A stretch of DNA of 64,000 bases from Bacillota bacterium (GTDB lineage Bacteria; Bacillota; Clostridia; Acetivibrionales; DTU013): contig JAEXNT010000036.1 of the NCBI GenBank assembly GCA_023439545.1, forward strand, positions 25,958-89,957, read 5' to 3'. Positions 17,867 to 27,911 of the stretch are shown in pieces. The notes beneath the pieces are model-generated. The model was not told where the DNA came from. It did no database searches and worked only from the letters and a program-made list of their open reading frames with translations. Position 1 is the stretch's first letter; every line of letters starts with the position of its first letter. The position numbers and the translations under genes are program-made.

Positions 17867-20455
17867 ATGCGCGGAAAATTACTATCAATATCATTAATTT
17901 TTATACTCCTGATGACCTTGATCCCCTTTCCGGGAATCGCCGGATCGGTTCCGGCAGAACAGCCGGCTGCCCAAAGTCAGAATTCGGCGATTCCTCAACG
18001 ACCGGCTGCCAATGGGTTTTCCCGTCAATCGCCTTATGCGGGAACGGAGAAGGGATTGCGCCACTGGGTATACCAATCCGGCCTTCACACAGCATCAACG
18101 CCCGTAATCGGCTCGGATGGAACAGCGTATTTCACTGCTGGAAGGGACCTGGTAGCAGTCGATCGCACAGGTAAAAAATTATGGTCCTGGCACAGTGTTG
18201 TTACGCTAACAAACAACCCTGAATTGAGCAGCAACGGTAAAATATTAATCACCACCGAAGCTGGAGATCTGTACGCTTTGGACTCCTCTGGTTCGGAATC
18301 GTGGGTATTCAGACATACACCCCCAAAAAATTCGGCTGTAGTATCCTGTTCGAGCTGCTCTGTAGGTCCGGACGGTACCGTCTATTATCTAGTCTGTTAC
18401 GATTCTGTCGGCACATCCGTATTCACGTTATATGCTGTAAATCCGTATGGCACATTGAAATGGTCTTCCAAGAAAGAAGTACAGGGAACGTTGGCAAAAA
18501 AACCGGTAATAAGTAATGATGGGACGATTTATATAGAGTATATGACAGAGGCATTAATTAAAGGCGGTGGCAGGTTTCCTACTCTCGTAAGAGCCACTTA
18601 CGTAGCTTTCAGCGCTTATAAGCTCAATGGCGATTTTATTTGGGAAAACAGAATTGTATCCAATAACTTGCTTAATATCACTTCCATTTGTCCGGACAAC
18701 AAAGGCGGCGTAGTTGTCGGCGTTGAAAAAACACTTTATTTGATAAATCAAACCGGTCAGCATAGGCTGTTTGAATGCGGCGATCTATTCAGGGATGCAA
18801 ACGGCATTGCATTGACAAACGACGGAAAAATAGCTTTCACATCCGGCGCCGCCGTATACCTCTGCGATACCGAAGGCGCTTTACAGTGGAAATTCGATGC
18901 CGGTGACACTATCACAAGCATCCCTTTGGTGGATAAAAAAGGAAATATATTCTATTCATCGTCCAGGGGCAGCTTATATTGCCTGGACATGCAGGGAAAA
19001 CAAAAATGGAAAAGTATGCTTACAGGCGAAGTCTACGGTTCTTCTCCAATGATACGGAATGACGGCGTGATTTACCAGCTTACAGGCAGCGGCGACCTGA
19101 ACGCGGTCGGTAAAATAAGGGTCAAGTCGGTATCTCTTAACACTCACAAGGTCACCCTGCTTTCAAAAGGAATGAAAGGTATACTGAAGCCAAGCTATAG
19201 TCCCGACAATACGATCGATAATGCCATGGAATGGAGTTCCAGCAATCCGGCGGTCGCTATAGTGGAGGACGGTGTGGTCACTCCTGTTTCCGCAGGCAGG
19301 ACGCTGATAAAAGTGTATTCCGAAGAAGACAATATTTCAGATACCTGTGAAGTCACGGTCTTAACAAAGCCGGAGACAGATATGGCTCTGACCTGTGACA
19401 CCGTATTAAGTCAGACTGCATCGCCATATCTGGGTGTATTCACTTTCCAGAACCTCACGCTGAATGGCGGCGTAACCTTGACAAGCGAGGGTACCTCTGA
19501 GATCGAACTGATCGTCAAGGGGGTTTTGAGCATAGGTAAAAATGCTTCGATCCGCGTAAGAAACGGCTGTTATCCATCAGCTCCGGCTCTGCCCGTATCT
19601 TCGCTCTCGGCAGAAACCCTGAAAGAAACTGTAATCCTGAGGAATATAAGCGTTTTGAGCATTCCCAAAATCTATGGCAGGGGTGGAAAAGGCGGCGACG
19701 GCGGAAGAGGAACAGACTACGGCGGCGGAGGCGGTGGAGGCGGTTATGGCGGGGGAACCGGCGGTAACGGCGGCAGTGGGAAAGTTTATTCCCAGTATGG
19801 CGAGGAGCTTGAAAACGATAAAAAAGGCATTGGTAAATCAGGTGAGAGCGACGGTAAAAACGGAGGCAGCTCTTTAGGTTACGGCATTTTATATGATATT
19901 ACAATTCCAGGCGGCCAGGGCGGCGAAGCATTGAAGACAGGAAATTCGGGAGTTGTCGGTTATCATAGTGTTGACGGCGGCAGCGGAGGCGGCGGCAATG
20001 GAGGAAGCGGCGGAGCAGGCATGTTCGGCAGCATGTCTGCTAAAGAGGCAGTAACAGGTCCTTCAGGCGGTGGTGGCGGCGGCTACGGCGGAGGCGTCCT
20101 TGTGATCGCAGCCGGATCTATCAATGTTATGCCCGGTAATATTCCCTGCTTCATAGTTTCGGGGCAAATGGGCGGAAAAGGCGGCTACCCCAACGGTCAG
20201 GACGGAGAAAACGGTGAAGGCGGACTGCTTGTCATCGAGACAAACAGCTACAGACCATCGTTGTCACACTGGAATATCGGAACGGGCAGCATAGAGTGCA
20301 GCAATCCCGGCATTAACGGCGGACACGGAACTGTAACTGGAAATCCTCAGAAGGTATTTATCAACGGCAGAGATATGAGCATTTACGACGATAAATCCAT
20401 AAAGGCGTTCAATACCGGCGACAGGTCGGCGGCATTAATAGCTGATTTAAGCTAG
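17867..20455 (+). CDS. secreted protein, paralog 2: PQQ/BamB-like beta-propeller repeats + Big_2 domain + glycine-rich C-terminal region
   Basis: Same architecture as 15130..17823. The 5' tract 17973-18110 and the 3' tract 20087-20377 are nearly identical in DNA to the matching parts of paralog 1. The middle is clearly diverged. Confidence 0.85.
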   Translation: MRGKLLSISLIFILLMTLIPFPGIAGSVPAEQPAAQSQNSAIPQRPAANGFSRQSPYAGTEKGLRHWVYQSGLHTASTPVIGSDGTAYFTAGRDLVAVDRTGKKLWSWHSVVTLTNNPELSSNGKILITTEAGDLYALDSSGSESWVFRHTPPKNSAVVSCSSCSVGPDGTVYYLVCYDSVGTSVFTLYAVNPYGTLKWSSKKEVQGTLAKKPVISNDGTIYIEYMTEALIKGGGRFPTLVRATYVAFSAYKLNGDFIWENRIVSNNLLNITSICPDNKGGVVVGVEKTLYLINQTGQHRLFECGDLFRDANGIALTNDGKIAFTSGAAVYLCDTEGALQWKFDAGDTITSIPLVDKKGNIFYSSSRGSLYCLDMQGKQKWKSMLTGEVYGSSPMIRNDGVIYQLTGSGDLNAVGKIRVKSVSLNTHKVTLLSKGMKGILKPSYSPDNTIDNAMEWSSSNPAVAIVEDGVVTPVSAGRTLIKVYSEEDNISDTCEVTVLTKPETDMALTCDTVLSQTASPYLGVFTFQNLTLNGGVTLTSEGTSEIELIVKGVLSIGKNASIRVRNGCYPSAPALPVSSLSAETLKETVILRNISVLSIPKIYGRGGKGGDGGRGTDYGGGGGGGGYGGGTGGNGGSGKVYSQYGEELENDKKGIGKSGESDGKNGGSSLGYGILYDITIPGGQGGEALKTGNSGVVGYHSVDGGSGGGGNGGSGGAGMFGSMSAKEAVTGPSGGGGGGYGGGVLVIAAGSINVMPGNIPCFIVSGQMGGKGGYPNGQDGENGEGGLLVIETNSYRPSLSHWNIGTGSIECSNPGINGGHGTVTGNPQKVFINGRDMSIYDDKSIKAFNTGDRSAALIADLS

Positions 20456-20513
20456 TGATTCAGATGTGGCGTCAGGCCTGCGATTATATTTAAGCGGTCT
20501 GCGTGCAGATATG

Positions 20514-20546
20514 AAAAAAGGCCGGTGCACCGCACCGGCCCTTTTC
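20514..20546. terminator. bidirectional rho-independent terminator between convergent genes
   Basis: AAAAAA, GGCCGGTG, a 5-nt loop, CACCGGCC, then CTTTTCC. It sits between the + gene ending at 20455 and the - gene ending at 20556. Confidence 0.8.
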
Positions 20547-20555
20547 CATATAACC

Positions 20556-21593
20556 TTAAATTTTTATTAGGGCCTTTACGACGTCATTTTTGTTTTCTAT
20601 AACGAAATCAAAGGCTTTATCACTATCCTCAAAATCGAATTCATGAGTTACGATCCCCTTGACGTCGATCTTTCCGTCAGCAATCGCCCCGATGGCCGAG
20701 GGATACAGGTTGCGGTAACGGAAAACGGTTTTGATATCCGCTTCCTTGACCATGATCTGCATGAAATTGAAATCGATTATATCCTTGGGCGCCAGACCTA
20801 CCAGTACAATTGTCCCGCCCCTCTTGATGAGGTAAGGACACTGCTTTATAGTGTGTTCGCTCCCGGCGGTCTCGATCACCTTGTCGACGCCGGCTCCGTT
20901 CGTAAGCGCCATTATCGTTTCGACCGCATTTTCGTTTTTAGCGTTTATGACACGCGTAGCGCCAAGATTTACTGCAACTTCCAGACGTTTATCAATGACA
21001 TCTACAACAGTAACCTCAGTTGCCCCATATGCTTTACAGGCCAACAGCGTCACCAGACCGATAGTTCCGGCTCCGAGAATGACCACCTTGTCCCCGAGCC
21101 TGACATTGCCCTGCGCTGCGGCATGAAGTCCTACTGCAAGCGGTTCGACAAGCGCTCCCTCTTTGGTGGATACATTATCCGGCAGCTTGAATGCCATATT
21201 TTCAGGGAAGGCCATGTAATTCATCAGGCAGCCGTGATAAGGCGGGGTAGCCAAAAACTCAACATCGGGACACAAATTGTACTTTCCCGACCTGCAGAAT
21301 TCGCACTGACCGCAGGGAACGCCAGGTTCCAGCGCTACTTTGTCGCCGACTTTAAGTCGTTTGACATTTTTACCGGTTTCGACGACAACGCCTGAGCATT
21401 CATGTCCCAGTATGAAATCGCCTTCGACAACAAAGTCGCCGATCCTCCCATGCTCCAGATAGTGCACATCCGAACCGCATATCCCTACGTATTCAATTTT
21501 TATCAGCACCTGATCCTCTTTCGGCATGGGAACGCTGACCTCACGCATTTCCATTTTTCTCAGACCTGTCATATAAAACGCTTTATTCGTCAT
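20556..21593 (-). CDS. zinc-dependent medium-chain polyol dehydrogenase (sorbitol/xylitol/L-iditol dehydrogenase-like)
   Basis: GICGSDVHY, GHECSG, structural-zinc cysteines CGQCEFCRSGKYNLC, Rossmann motif VVILGAGTIG. It is the last gene of the sugar ABC operon. Confidence 0.85.
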   Translation of the reverse strand: MTNKAFYMTGLRKMEMREVSVPMPKEDQVLIKIEYVGICGSDVHYLEHGRIGDFVVEGDFILGHECSGVVVETGKNVKRLKVGDKVALEPGVPCGQCEFCRSGKYNLCPDVEFLATPPYHGCLMNYMAFPENMAFKLPDNVSTKEGALVEPLAVGLHAAAQGNVRLGDKVVILGAGTIGLVTLLACKAYGATEVTVVDVIDKRLEVAVNLGATRVINAKNENAVETIMALTNGAGVDKVIETAGSEHTIKQCPYLIKRGGTIVLVGLAPKDIIDFNFMQIMVKEADIKTVFRYRNLYPSAIGAIADGKIDVKGIVTHEFDFEDSDKAFDFVIENKNDVVKALIKI

Positions 21594-21680
21594 TCATCTT
21601 CACTCCTACTGTTCTATAGTTTCTACTTAATACAATATGCGCGGACACTGGCGTCCACGCATATTGCGGAAATTTCACCC

Positions 21681-22697
21681 TTACTTTATTGCTCCGGTCT
21701 TTTTGAACATCTCGATATATTGATCAACAGTATCTTTTGTTACCAGCGGGTTTCCGATATCTGTATCTATCTGTTTGGATTCGCCTGTCAAAAGCTTGTT
21801 GCTTGTGTCCAGAAGCCTTTCTGCTAGGTCGTACGCGCTCTGCAAAGTGGTTGAAGTCATTCTGCCCTCTTTTATCAGCAGGCATGCCTCTGCAGTTCCG
21901 TCTACACCGTAAGCAAGCATGTTTTTGAATTTCGGGTTATCCTTTACAACTTCAAGTGCGCCTGCAGCCATGTTGTCGTTCATGGAAATAACGGCGTCGA
22001 TCTTGTCATTGGCCTGCGCCCAGTCTTCCATATACTTCATTGCCTCGTCCTTGTTCCAGTTTGCAATCTGTTCGCCAACGATCTTAACATCGGAACGCTT
22101 GTCAAAGAACTCTTTCTGCCAGCTCTTGCGTCTTTCATCAGCATGGAAATTGCCGGAAGGGCCATCCAGTACTACTACATTGGCATTCTGCGGAATCTGT
22201 TCGAGTGCTGCGCGAGCATTTGCTGCCGCCTGTTCATAGGGGTTGGCGTCTACGGAGGAAGCGCCTTCAATGCCTGAAATACGTGCATTGGTAGTGATAG
22301 CAAATATGCCTGCTTTTACAACCTTTTCGACATAGGGCCTCTGAGCTTCTCCATTGTTCGGCTGTACGATAACAAGGTCATACTTGTTGGTAATGGCATT
22401 TTCTATCATCGAGTTTTCTTTATCGTCATTCGCCTGGCCGTCAAAAACGTCAAGCTTTATATTAGGATATTTCTTTGCTTCTTCTGTAACAGCATTGGCA
22501 AGCCATGCTGCGAACGAATCAGATTGTGCTCTTGCAATATAGGCTACCTTGTATACTTTCTGGGCGCCTGTACTGCCTGACTGTGTCGTCGACGATGACG
22601 GCGCAGGTGTGTCGTTTGTTCCGCAGCCTGCTAAAAGCGTCATTCCTAAAGCCATTGCAATCATACCTTTAAATATTTTTCTCATTTTACGCTCCAT
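21681..22697 (-). CDS. ribose-type (RbsB-like) sugar ABC substrate-binding lipoprotein
   Basis: Lipobox LLAGCG and a periplasmic-binding-protein type I fold (KVAYIARAQSDSF...DAVISMNDNMAAGAL). The true start may be the second ATG at 22685, which follows GGATGGAG. Confidence 0.85.
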   Translation of the reverse strand: MERKMRKIFKGMIAMALGMTLLAGCGTNDTPAPSSSTTQSGSTGAQKVYKVAYIARAQSDSFAAWLANAVTEEAKKYPNIKLDVFDGQANDDKENSMIENAITNKYDLVIVQPNNGEAQRPYVEKVVKAGIFAITTNARISGIEGASSVDANPYEQAAANARAALEQIPQNANVVVLDGPSGNFHADERRKSWQKEFFDKRSDVKIVGEQIANWNKDEAMKYMEDWAQANDKIDAVISMNDNMAAGALEVVKDNPKFKNMLAYGVDGTAEACLLIKEGRMTSTTLQSAYDLAERLLDTSNKLLTGESKQIDTDIGNPLVTKDTVDQYIEMFKKTGAIK

Positions 22698-22769
22698 CCT
22701 TTTTTATATTTTAAACAGCATTGCTGTTTAATACGTAATAATATTTCCGATATAACCTGTCCTTAAAAC

Positions 22770-23801
22770 CTAGGCTTTCTTTTTGAATCTTAGTACGTCC
22801 AATATGCCTTTCCTCGCTTCAGAGTTCTTTTCTCCTACTCTTCCAAGCATGCTCTTCGTCCTGCGGTTCTTTGAATAGATATCGTAGATGACGGCAAGAG
22901 CGATGATTGCGCCTCTTACTATCTGCTGCATATACGAGTCTACATTCTTCAGGTTCATGATATTGTCCAGGAAGCCTACGATGAACGCACCTGCCAGAGT
23001 TCCGCCCGCAGTGCCTATACCTCCCGAGAAGCTGGTACCGCCGATTATCGCGGCAGTGAGCGCCGTAAATTCATAATTCACTGCACCGTTCGGAAGGCCG
23101 GCATTTACGCGGGACATAAAGAGTACTCCCGCAAGCCCTACAAATATACCGTTAATAATGAATACCTGATATTTGACCTTGCTTACGTTGATACCTGAAG
23201 CAACGGACGCTTCCTCATTTCCTCCGACAGCATACAATGAACGTCCGAACCTCGTATGCCGCAGGATATACCATGTCACGATACCGATCAGTACGAGGAA
23301 CAATATCGGGATAGGAATGACGCCTATGTCGCCCTGTCCTAATACCGTAAAGTTGCCCAACTGAAGTATGTTCTGACCCTTCGTATACAACAGAGCCAGA
23401 CCGCGGGCTACGGTGAGCATGGCTAGAGTTGCGATAAAAGGCGGAGCCTTGAATTTGCTTATCATAAGTGCGTTTACCAGGTTGCATATGACTCCGGTCA
23501 GAATCCCTACGGCAATAGCTACCACAAGGGATCCTGTAGCCTTATATGCCGATACTGAGAATACGCCTGCCAGCGCAAGCACCGAACCTTGTGAAAGGTC
23601 GAGATTACCGCTTATTATCAGCAGTGTCTGGCCAAAAGCCAGAATGGTCGTTACCGCCAACTGCCGCGATATGTTTGTCATATTGTTGACAGACAGAAAG
23701 TTCGGATTTGCCAGTGAGCTTATGACGAATAGCAGCACGAGGACCATATATATGCTGTATTTCTTTTTTGCCGTACTCCAGAAATTGCTTCTCAGATCCA
23801 T
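22770..23801 (-). CDS. sugar ABC permease (RbsC/BPD_transp_2 type)
   Basis: About 10 TM segments with typical RbsC-like sequence (GNLDLSQGSVLALAG, YAVGGNEEASVASGINV). Confidence 0.9.
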   Translation of the reverse strand: MDLRSNFWSTAKKKYSIYMVLVLLFVISSLANPNFLSVNNMTNISRQLAVTTILAFGQTLLIISGNLDLSQGSVLALAGVFSVSAYKATGSLVVAIAVGILTGVICNLVNALMISKFKAPPFIATLAMLTVARGLALLYTKGQNILQLGNFTVLGQGDIGVIPIPILFLVLIGIVTWYILRHTRFGRSLYAVGGNEEASVASGINVSKVKYQVFIINGIFVGLAGVLFMSRVNAGLPNGAVNYEFTALTAAIIGGTSFSGGIGTAGGTLAGAFIVGFLDNIMNLKNVDSYMQQIVRGAIIALAVIYDIYSKNRRTKSMLGRVGEKNSEARKGILDVLRFKKKA

Positions 23802-23802
23802 T

Positions 23803-25311
23803 TCAATTCACCTCATTCGTTAGTGTGCCGGTGGCGTATTTCATGATAAGTTCCTGGGAAAAATCCTCCCGCTTGATTTCACCTGTTATACTGCCTTTTG
23901 CCATTACATAGATCCTGTCGCACATCCCGATCAACTCGGGCAGTTCCGACGAGACCATGATAACGACCTTCCCTTCCTTGACAAGCTCGGTTATCAGCTT
24001 GTATATCTCATATTTTGCTCCGACGTCTATTCCTCTGGTCGGTTCGTCAAGTATCAGGATGTCCGGGTTCAGGAGCATCCATTTTGCCAGTACGACTTTC
24101 TGCTGATTTCCTCCGCTTAGGGATGCTATAACTGTATCCAGGCTTGGCGCCTTCACTCTAAGTTTACTGAAAAGCTCTGAAACAACCCTGTTTTCAACCT
24201 TTTTGTGGAGGCGCAACCCGTAGAATACCCTTTTTAAGTTCGAAAGGGTAGTATTTTCCTTCACGGACCGAACCGGGATGATGCCATATCTTCTTCTATC
24301 CTCGGAAAGCATGACCAGACCGTTGTCCATACTTTGCCTGACATTTTTTACAGAGGCTTTCCGGCCTTTGATTACTATGTCTCCCGAGGTTATCGGATCG
24401 AGGCCGAACAGAGAACGCATCACTTCCGTCCTCCCTGCGCCCATCAGGCCTGCGAAGCCTACTATCTCGCCTTTTTTCACTTTAAAGCTTACATTCCGGT
24501 AAACGCCTGTACTGTTCAGATTTTTGACTTCCAGTATGTTTTCACCGGTTTTGACCTGCTCCTTAGGATAGGTATTGGTAAGCTTACGACCCACCATCAG
24601 CGATATCACGGTTTCGATATCCAGTTCCTCTTTAGGGTGGCTTTCCACTACCGTTCCATCTCTGAACACGGTTATCTCGTCCGCGATCTGAAATACCTCG
24701 TCCAGCTTGTGTGAAATGTATATTATACTGACACCCCTGGCCTTCAGCTCCCTTATCTTGACAAACAGCCTCTCCACTTCTTTCAGAGTGATTGCCGATG
24801 TAGGCTCATCCATTATGATGATGTCTGATTTGTTTGAGATAGCCTTGATGATCTCGAGCATTTGTATGTCCGATACGGTAAGATCCTTCAGGAGCGTAGT
24901 CGGATAATACGGAAGATTCTCGGCCTTCAGGAGTTCAGTCGTGCTTCTTCTGACTTCCTTCCAGTCCACTGTACCAAATTTGTTCACCGGAAGCTTTCCA
25001 AGGAAAATATTTTCCTCCACGGTCATCTCGGGAACGTAATTCATCTCCTGGAATATCATCGATATGCCGAGGTTTCTGGCCTGTATGGGATTCTGTATTT
25101 TAACGGGTTTGTCATCAATGAATATCTGGCCGCAATCAGGCTGGTAAATACCGTTGATGATCTTCATCAGGGTAGATTTCCCTGCGCCGTTCTCTCCGCA
25201 CAATACATGGACAGTTCCCTTTTTTACGGAAAAATCGATCCTGTCAAGAGCCTTTACTCCCGGGAAAGACTTCTCGATTTGTGAGACTCTCAGTTTGATT
25301 TCTGTATTCAT
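23803..25311 (-). CDS. sugar ABC ATP-binding protein with duplicated ABC domains (RbsA-like)
   Basis: Two nucleotide-binding domains: GENGAGKST...IIIMDEPT and GLMGAGRTE...LSGGNQQKV...ILILDEPT. Confidence 0.9.
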   Translation of the reverse strand: MNTEIKLRVSQIEKSFPGVKALDRIDFSVKKGTVHVLCGENGAGKSTLMKIINGIYQPDCGQIFIDDKPVKIQNPIQARNLGISMIFQEMNYVPEMTVEENIFLGKLPVNKFGTVDWKEVRRSTTELLKAENLPYYPTTLLKDLTVSDIQMLEIIKAISNKSDIIIMDEPTSAITLKEVERLFVKIRELKARGVSIIYISHKLDEVFQIADEITVFRDGTVVESHPKEELDIETVISLMVGRKLTNTYPKEQVKTGENILEVKNLNSTGVYRNVSFKVKKGEIVGFAGLMGAGRTEVMRSLFGLDPITSGDIVIKGRKASVKNVRQSMDNGLVMLSEDRRRYGIIPVRSVKENTTLSNLKRVFYGLRLHKKVENRVVSELFSKLRVKAPSLDTVIASLSGGNQQKVVLAKWMLLNPDILILDEPTRGIDVGAKYEIYKLITELVKEGKVVIMVSSELPELIGMCDRIYVMAKGSITGEIKREDFSQELIMKYATGTLTNEVN

Positions 25312-25467
25312 TGCCTACCCCCATAGTCGGCTTTAAAATAGGCGCAACTTAATAAGAATATTTTGTAAATGTGTTTTTTTAAGACTTTTAAAAATTGGTT
25401 TTAATAAGATTATAAAGATTTCTAGCTTTCTGTCAACCAATAAAATGTGGAAAAAGAAAACGTTTGT

Positions 25468-26613
25468 TCAAATGCTGTCGATGAAACCTTTGACGTGTAA
25501 CAGGGCTGCACCCACAGCTGTAGCTTCCAGCTTGTACTTGCAGACATGCAGGTATGAACCGTCAGTCTCGAAAGTATTCCTCCCGGCAACGAGTTCCCTG
25601 AGTTGATCTACATAATCGTCCATATAGGCGCCGGCATAACCACCCAGAATTATGTTGCAGTCATACAGCATCCTGAGATTATTGATCGTAATCGCCAGAT
25701 ATTTGGCATATTCATCCCAGATGTACTTCTGCGGCTGCTTTCCGAGCTTCAGCAATCTGAAGAACTCGGCGATGTTACCGTTAGTGCTGTCCGAAAGGAT
25801 CTTTGCGGAGCAATAAGTGTCCACACAGCCCTTTTGACCGCAATAGCAGACACGTCCATCCGGAATTATCGTCATATGTCCGAATTCTCCGCCGCGGCGG
25901 TTCTGACCCTGGTATATATTCTCCCCTATTATCACAGATCCGCCGACACTGTTGTTAAGAGAAAGATAAACCGCAAACTGCTCGCCGAAGCTTCCCCATA
26001 GTTCTGCAAATCCGCCTGCATTGGCATCATTGCATATTACACATGGGTAAGGAATGAATTCCGAAAAGCTTTTTACGCTTCCGCCCTTGAAATCTATAAC
26101 GGCGGCATAGCTTACGGTCAGACTGTCGATGGACAGTATCGCAGGCAACGCTATCCCAACTCCGAGTATCTTTGACTTATCTGTGCCGGAATCTGCTATG
26201 AATCCATCCAGCTTCTTTCCCAAACCTTCAAAGTACTTTTTGGAATTTTCAAAAGGATATTTCAATCTGACATGCTTTATGACATTGCCGCTCAGATCTA
26301 TCATTACTATTCCCGCATGGTTGCGCGTGATGTCAAGTCCTATCGCGTACCTGGCGGTGCTGTTGTAAACTATTGCTTTGGCCTTTCTGCCTCCCGTTGA
26401 CTCGAACACGCCTGCTTCGACGACAAGCTTGTTCTCCTGCAGCTCTTTAAGGTTTTGGGTGACCGTAGGCAAACTGAGTTTAAGTGCGGAAGCCAGTTCG
26501 TTTATCGATATGGGATCATGCCTGTACAGATACCTGTATATATTGTTGCGGTTGATCTTTTTGACTTCGATGCTGCTGGCCCTCTCAGCTGCCAATTTTC
26601 TCACCACTTTCAT
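25468..26613 (-). CDS. ROK-family transcriptional regulator
   Basis: N-terminal wHTH (INRNNIYRYLYRHDPISINELASALKLSLPTVTQNLKEL) and a ROK sugar-kinase-like fold with the zinc motif GHMTI...CYCGQKGC. I chose the start at MKVVRK (26613). Confidence 0.85.
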   Translation of the reverse strand: MKVVRKLAAERASSIEVKKINRNNIYRYLYRHDPISINELASALKLSLPTVTQNLKELQENKLVVEAGVFESTGGRKAKAIVYNSTARYAIGLDITRNHAGIVMIDLSGNVIKHVRLKYPFENSKKYFEGLGKKLDGFIADSGTDKSKILGVGIALPAILSIDSLTVSYAAVIDFKGGSVKSFSEFIPYPCVICNDANAGGFAELWGSFGEQFAVYLSLNNSVGGSVIIGENIYQGQNRRGGEFGHMTIIPDGRVCYCGQKGCVDTYCSAKILSDSTNGNIAEFFRLLKLGKQPQKYIWDEYAKYLAITINNLRMLYDCNIILGGYAGAYMDDYVDQLRELVAGRNTFETDGSYLHVCKYKLEATAVGAALLHVKGFIDSI

Positions 26614-26685
26614 AAATGACTTTACATAATGTATTTCAATTATAATCGCGAGCAAGTGCCAATGCAATAGACAAATTTGCCATTT

Positions 26686-27765
26686 TCACAAAATGAATAT
26701 AGCTGTGAAATATGCAGTCATTATGATCAATCCAACGGGAATTCCGTTCTTGGCCCAATCACGGCTCTTTATTTTCAGTTTGGAGGCAGCGACAATGTTA
26801 GGTATATTGCCCGGGATCAGCATGCCTCCGCTGATGAGGAGCCCCATCAGTATGGCTTTTACCTGCAAAGCACTCATGGCAGGACTGATTTCTGCAGCCG
26901 CAATTGTTGCATTGTCTAGCACTGCAGAAACCATGTTGATCCAATACAACAATACGCTGTCGAGGTTTACCACAAAGTTTTCGATCAAGGGTTTAAATCC
27001 GATACCCAGCAGCTCCAGGGCAATAATGAATACGAATATTTTAAACGCCCGGATGAAAGCTTCGACAAGCTTCCCGGCATTCCCGGCAGCTTCTCCTTTA
27101 TCCGGAACGATTTGTTTTTCACTAAAATCTACGACCGGATCATGATCGTTGCCATTATTCTGCGAAGACGCGTCCCTCCTGACGTAGAAAGCGCCGAGCA
27201 AACCAAGAGATATTATTCCCGGGAAAATAAAAATACCCAACTGATTCAACAGATACCAAAAATCAGCGTCCAGCTTTGTTACGGCTATCGTCGCCAGCGG
27301 CTCACCGACAGGCGTAAGAGCGGCGCCCAGACCGATAGAAAAACAGGCGACTACAGCCAAACGCAGCTTGGCCTTATGCTTGAGAGGCAGAACATGAATG
27401 ATCTCCACCAGCACCAGTGAAGCTATGACTGCCGTAATGATGCTTGACGCCAATCCTAGAATAACAATAACCAGAAAAATGAATAACGGAAACGGCAACT
27501 TTTTTGTTATAACGCTTATACCTTCTTTTACCTTATTCACAAAAAAAGTGAACAATAATCCGGTTACAAGAACAGCAAGTGTAATAAAGTATAATAATGG
27601 ATTCCCCATGATTTCGAGTAAGGTATGCAGCGTAATAGAACCCGCAATAGCCGCCGCCGACAATCCCATTATAAAAAGGAAATACTCAAGGTTATGTTCA
27701 ACCGTTTTAGTTGTAAAAGGTAAAATTAAAACTAAAGCTAAAATAATCAGTAATCCTGCAATCAT
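26686..27765 (-). CDS. polytopic membrane protein, probably DUF1646 family (putative cation transporter)
   Basis: 359 aa and about 10 TM segments. The N-terminus LILPFTTKTVEHNLEYFLFIMG matches my recollection of the DUF1646 signature. The family assignment is from memory only. Confidence 0.6.
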   Translation of the reverse strand: MIAGLLIILALVLILPFTTKTVEHNLEYFLFIMGLSAAAIAGSITLHTLLEIMGNPLLYFITLAVLVTGLLFTFFVNKVKEGISVITKKLPFPLFIFLVIVILGLASSIITAVIASLVLVEIIHVLPLKHKAKLRLAVVACFSIGLGAALTPVGEPLATIAVTKLDADFWYLLNQLGIFIFPGIISLGLLGAFYVRRDASSQNNGNDHDPVVDFSEKQIVPDKGEAAGNAGKLVEAFIRAFKIFVFIIALELLGIGFKPLIENFVVNLDSVLLYWINMVSAVLDNATIAAAEISPAMSALQVKAILMGLLISGGMLIPGNIPNIVAASKLKIKSRDWAKNGIPVGLIIMTAYFTAIFIL

Positions 27766-27905
27766 GGCCTTCTCCTTTAGTAATCGACAATTTTGTTATT
27801 CCCAATTTGGGCATAAAAAAAGTGAAAAACTCTAAAAAGAGCTTTCCACCCTAAAAGCTGTATTCTTGAAAACGTAATATCCGCCTAACCGAATCTTTAT
27901 TGATT
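27766..27905 (-). promoter_or_regulatory. structured 5' leader with mutually exclusive hairpins (riboswitch/attenuator candidate)
   Basis: The leader is about 140 nt, between the predicted TSS and the ATG. The hairpin AGCUUU-UAGGGUGG-AAAGCU (27840-27859) shares its 3' arm with the terminator stem AAAGCUCU/AGAGUUUU (27826-27845). Confidence 0.4.
27813..27845 (-). terminator. leader terminator upstream of the DUF1646-like gene
   Basis: The minus strand reads AAAGCUCU, loop UUUU, AGAGUUUU (one G-U pair), then UCACUUUUUUU, about 50 nt before the start codon. Confidence 0.55.
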
Positions 27906-27911
27906 TCTGTC

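Noticed and set aside
20643-21395. 250-aa + strand ORF
   Set aside because: It is antisense to the zinc-dependent dehydrogenase gene and has no motif.
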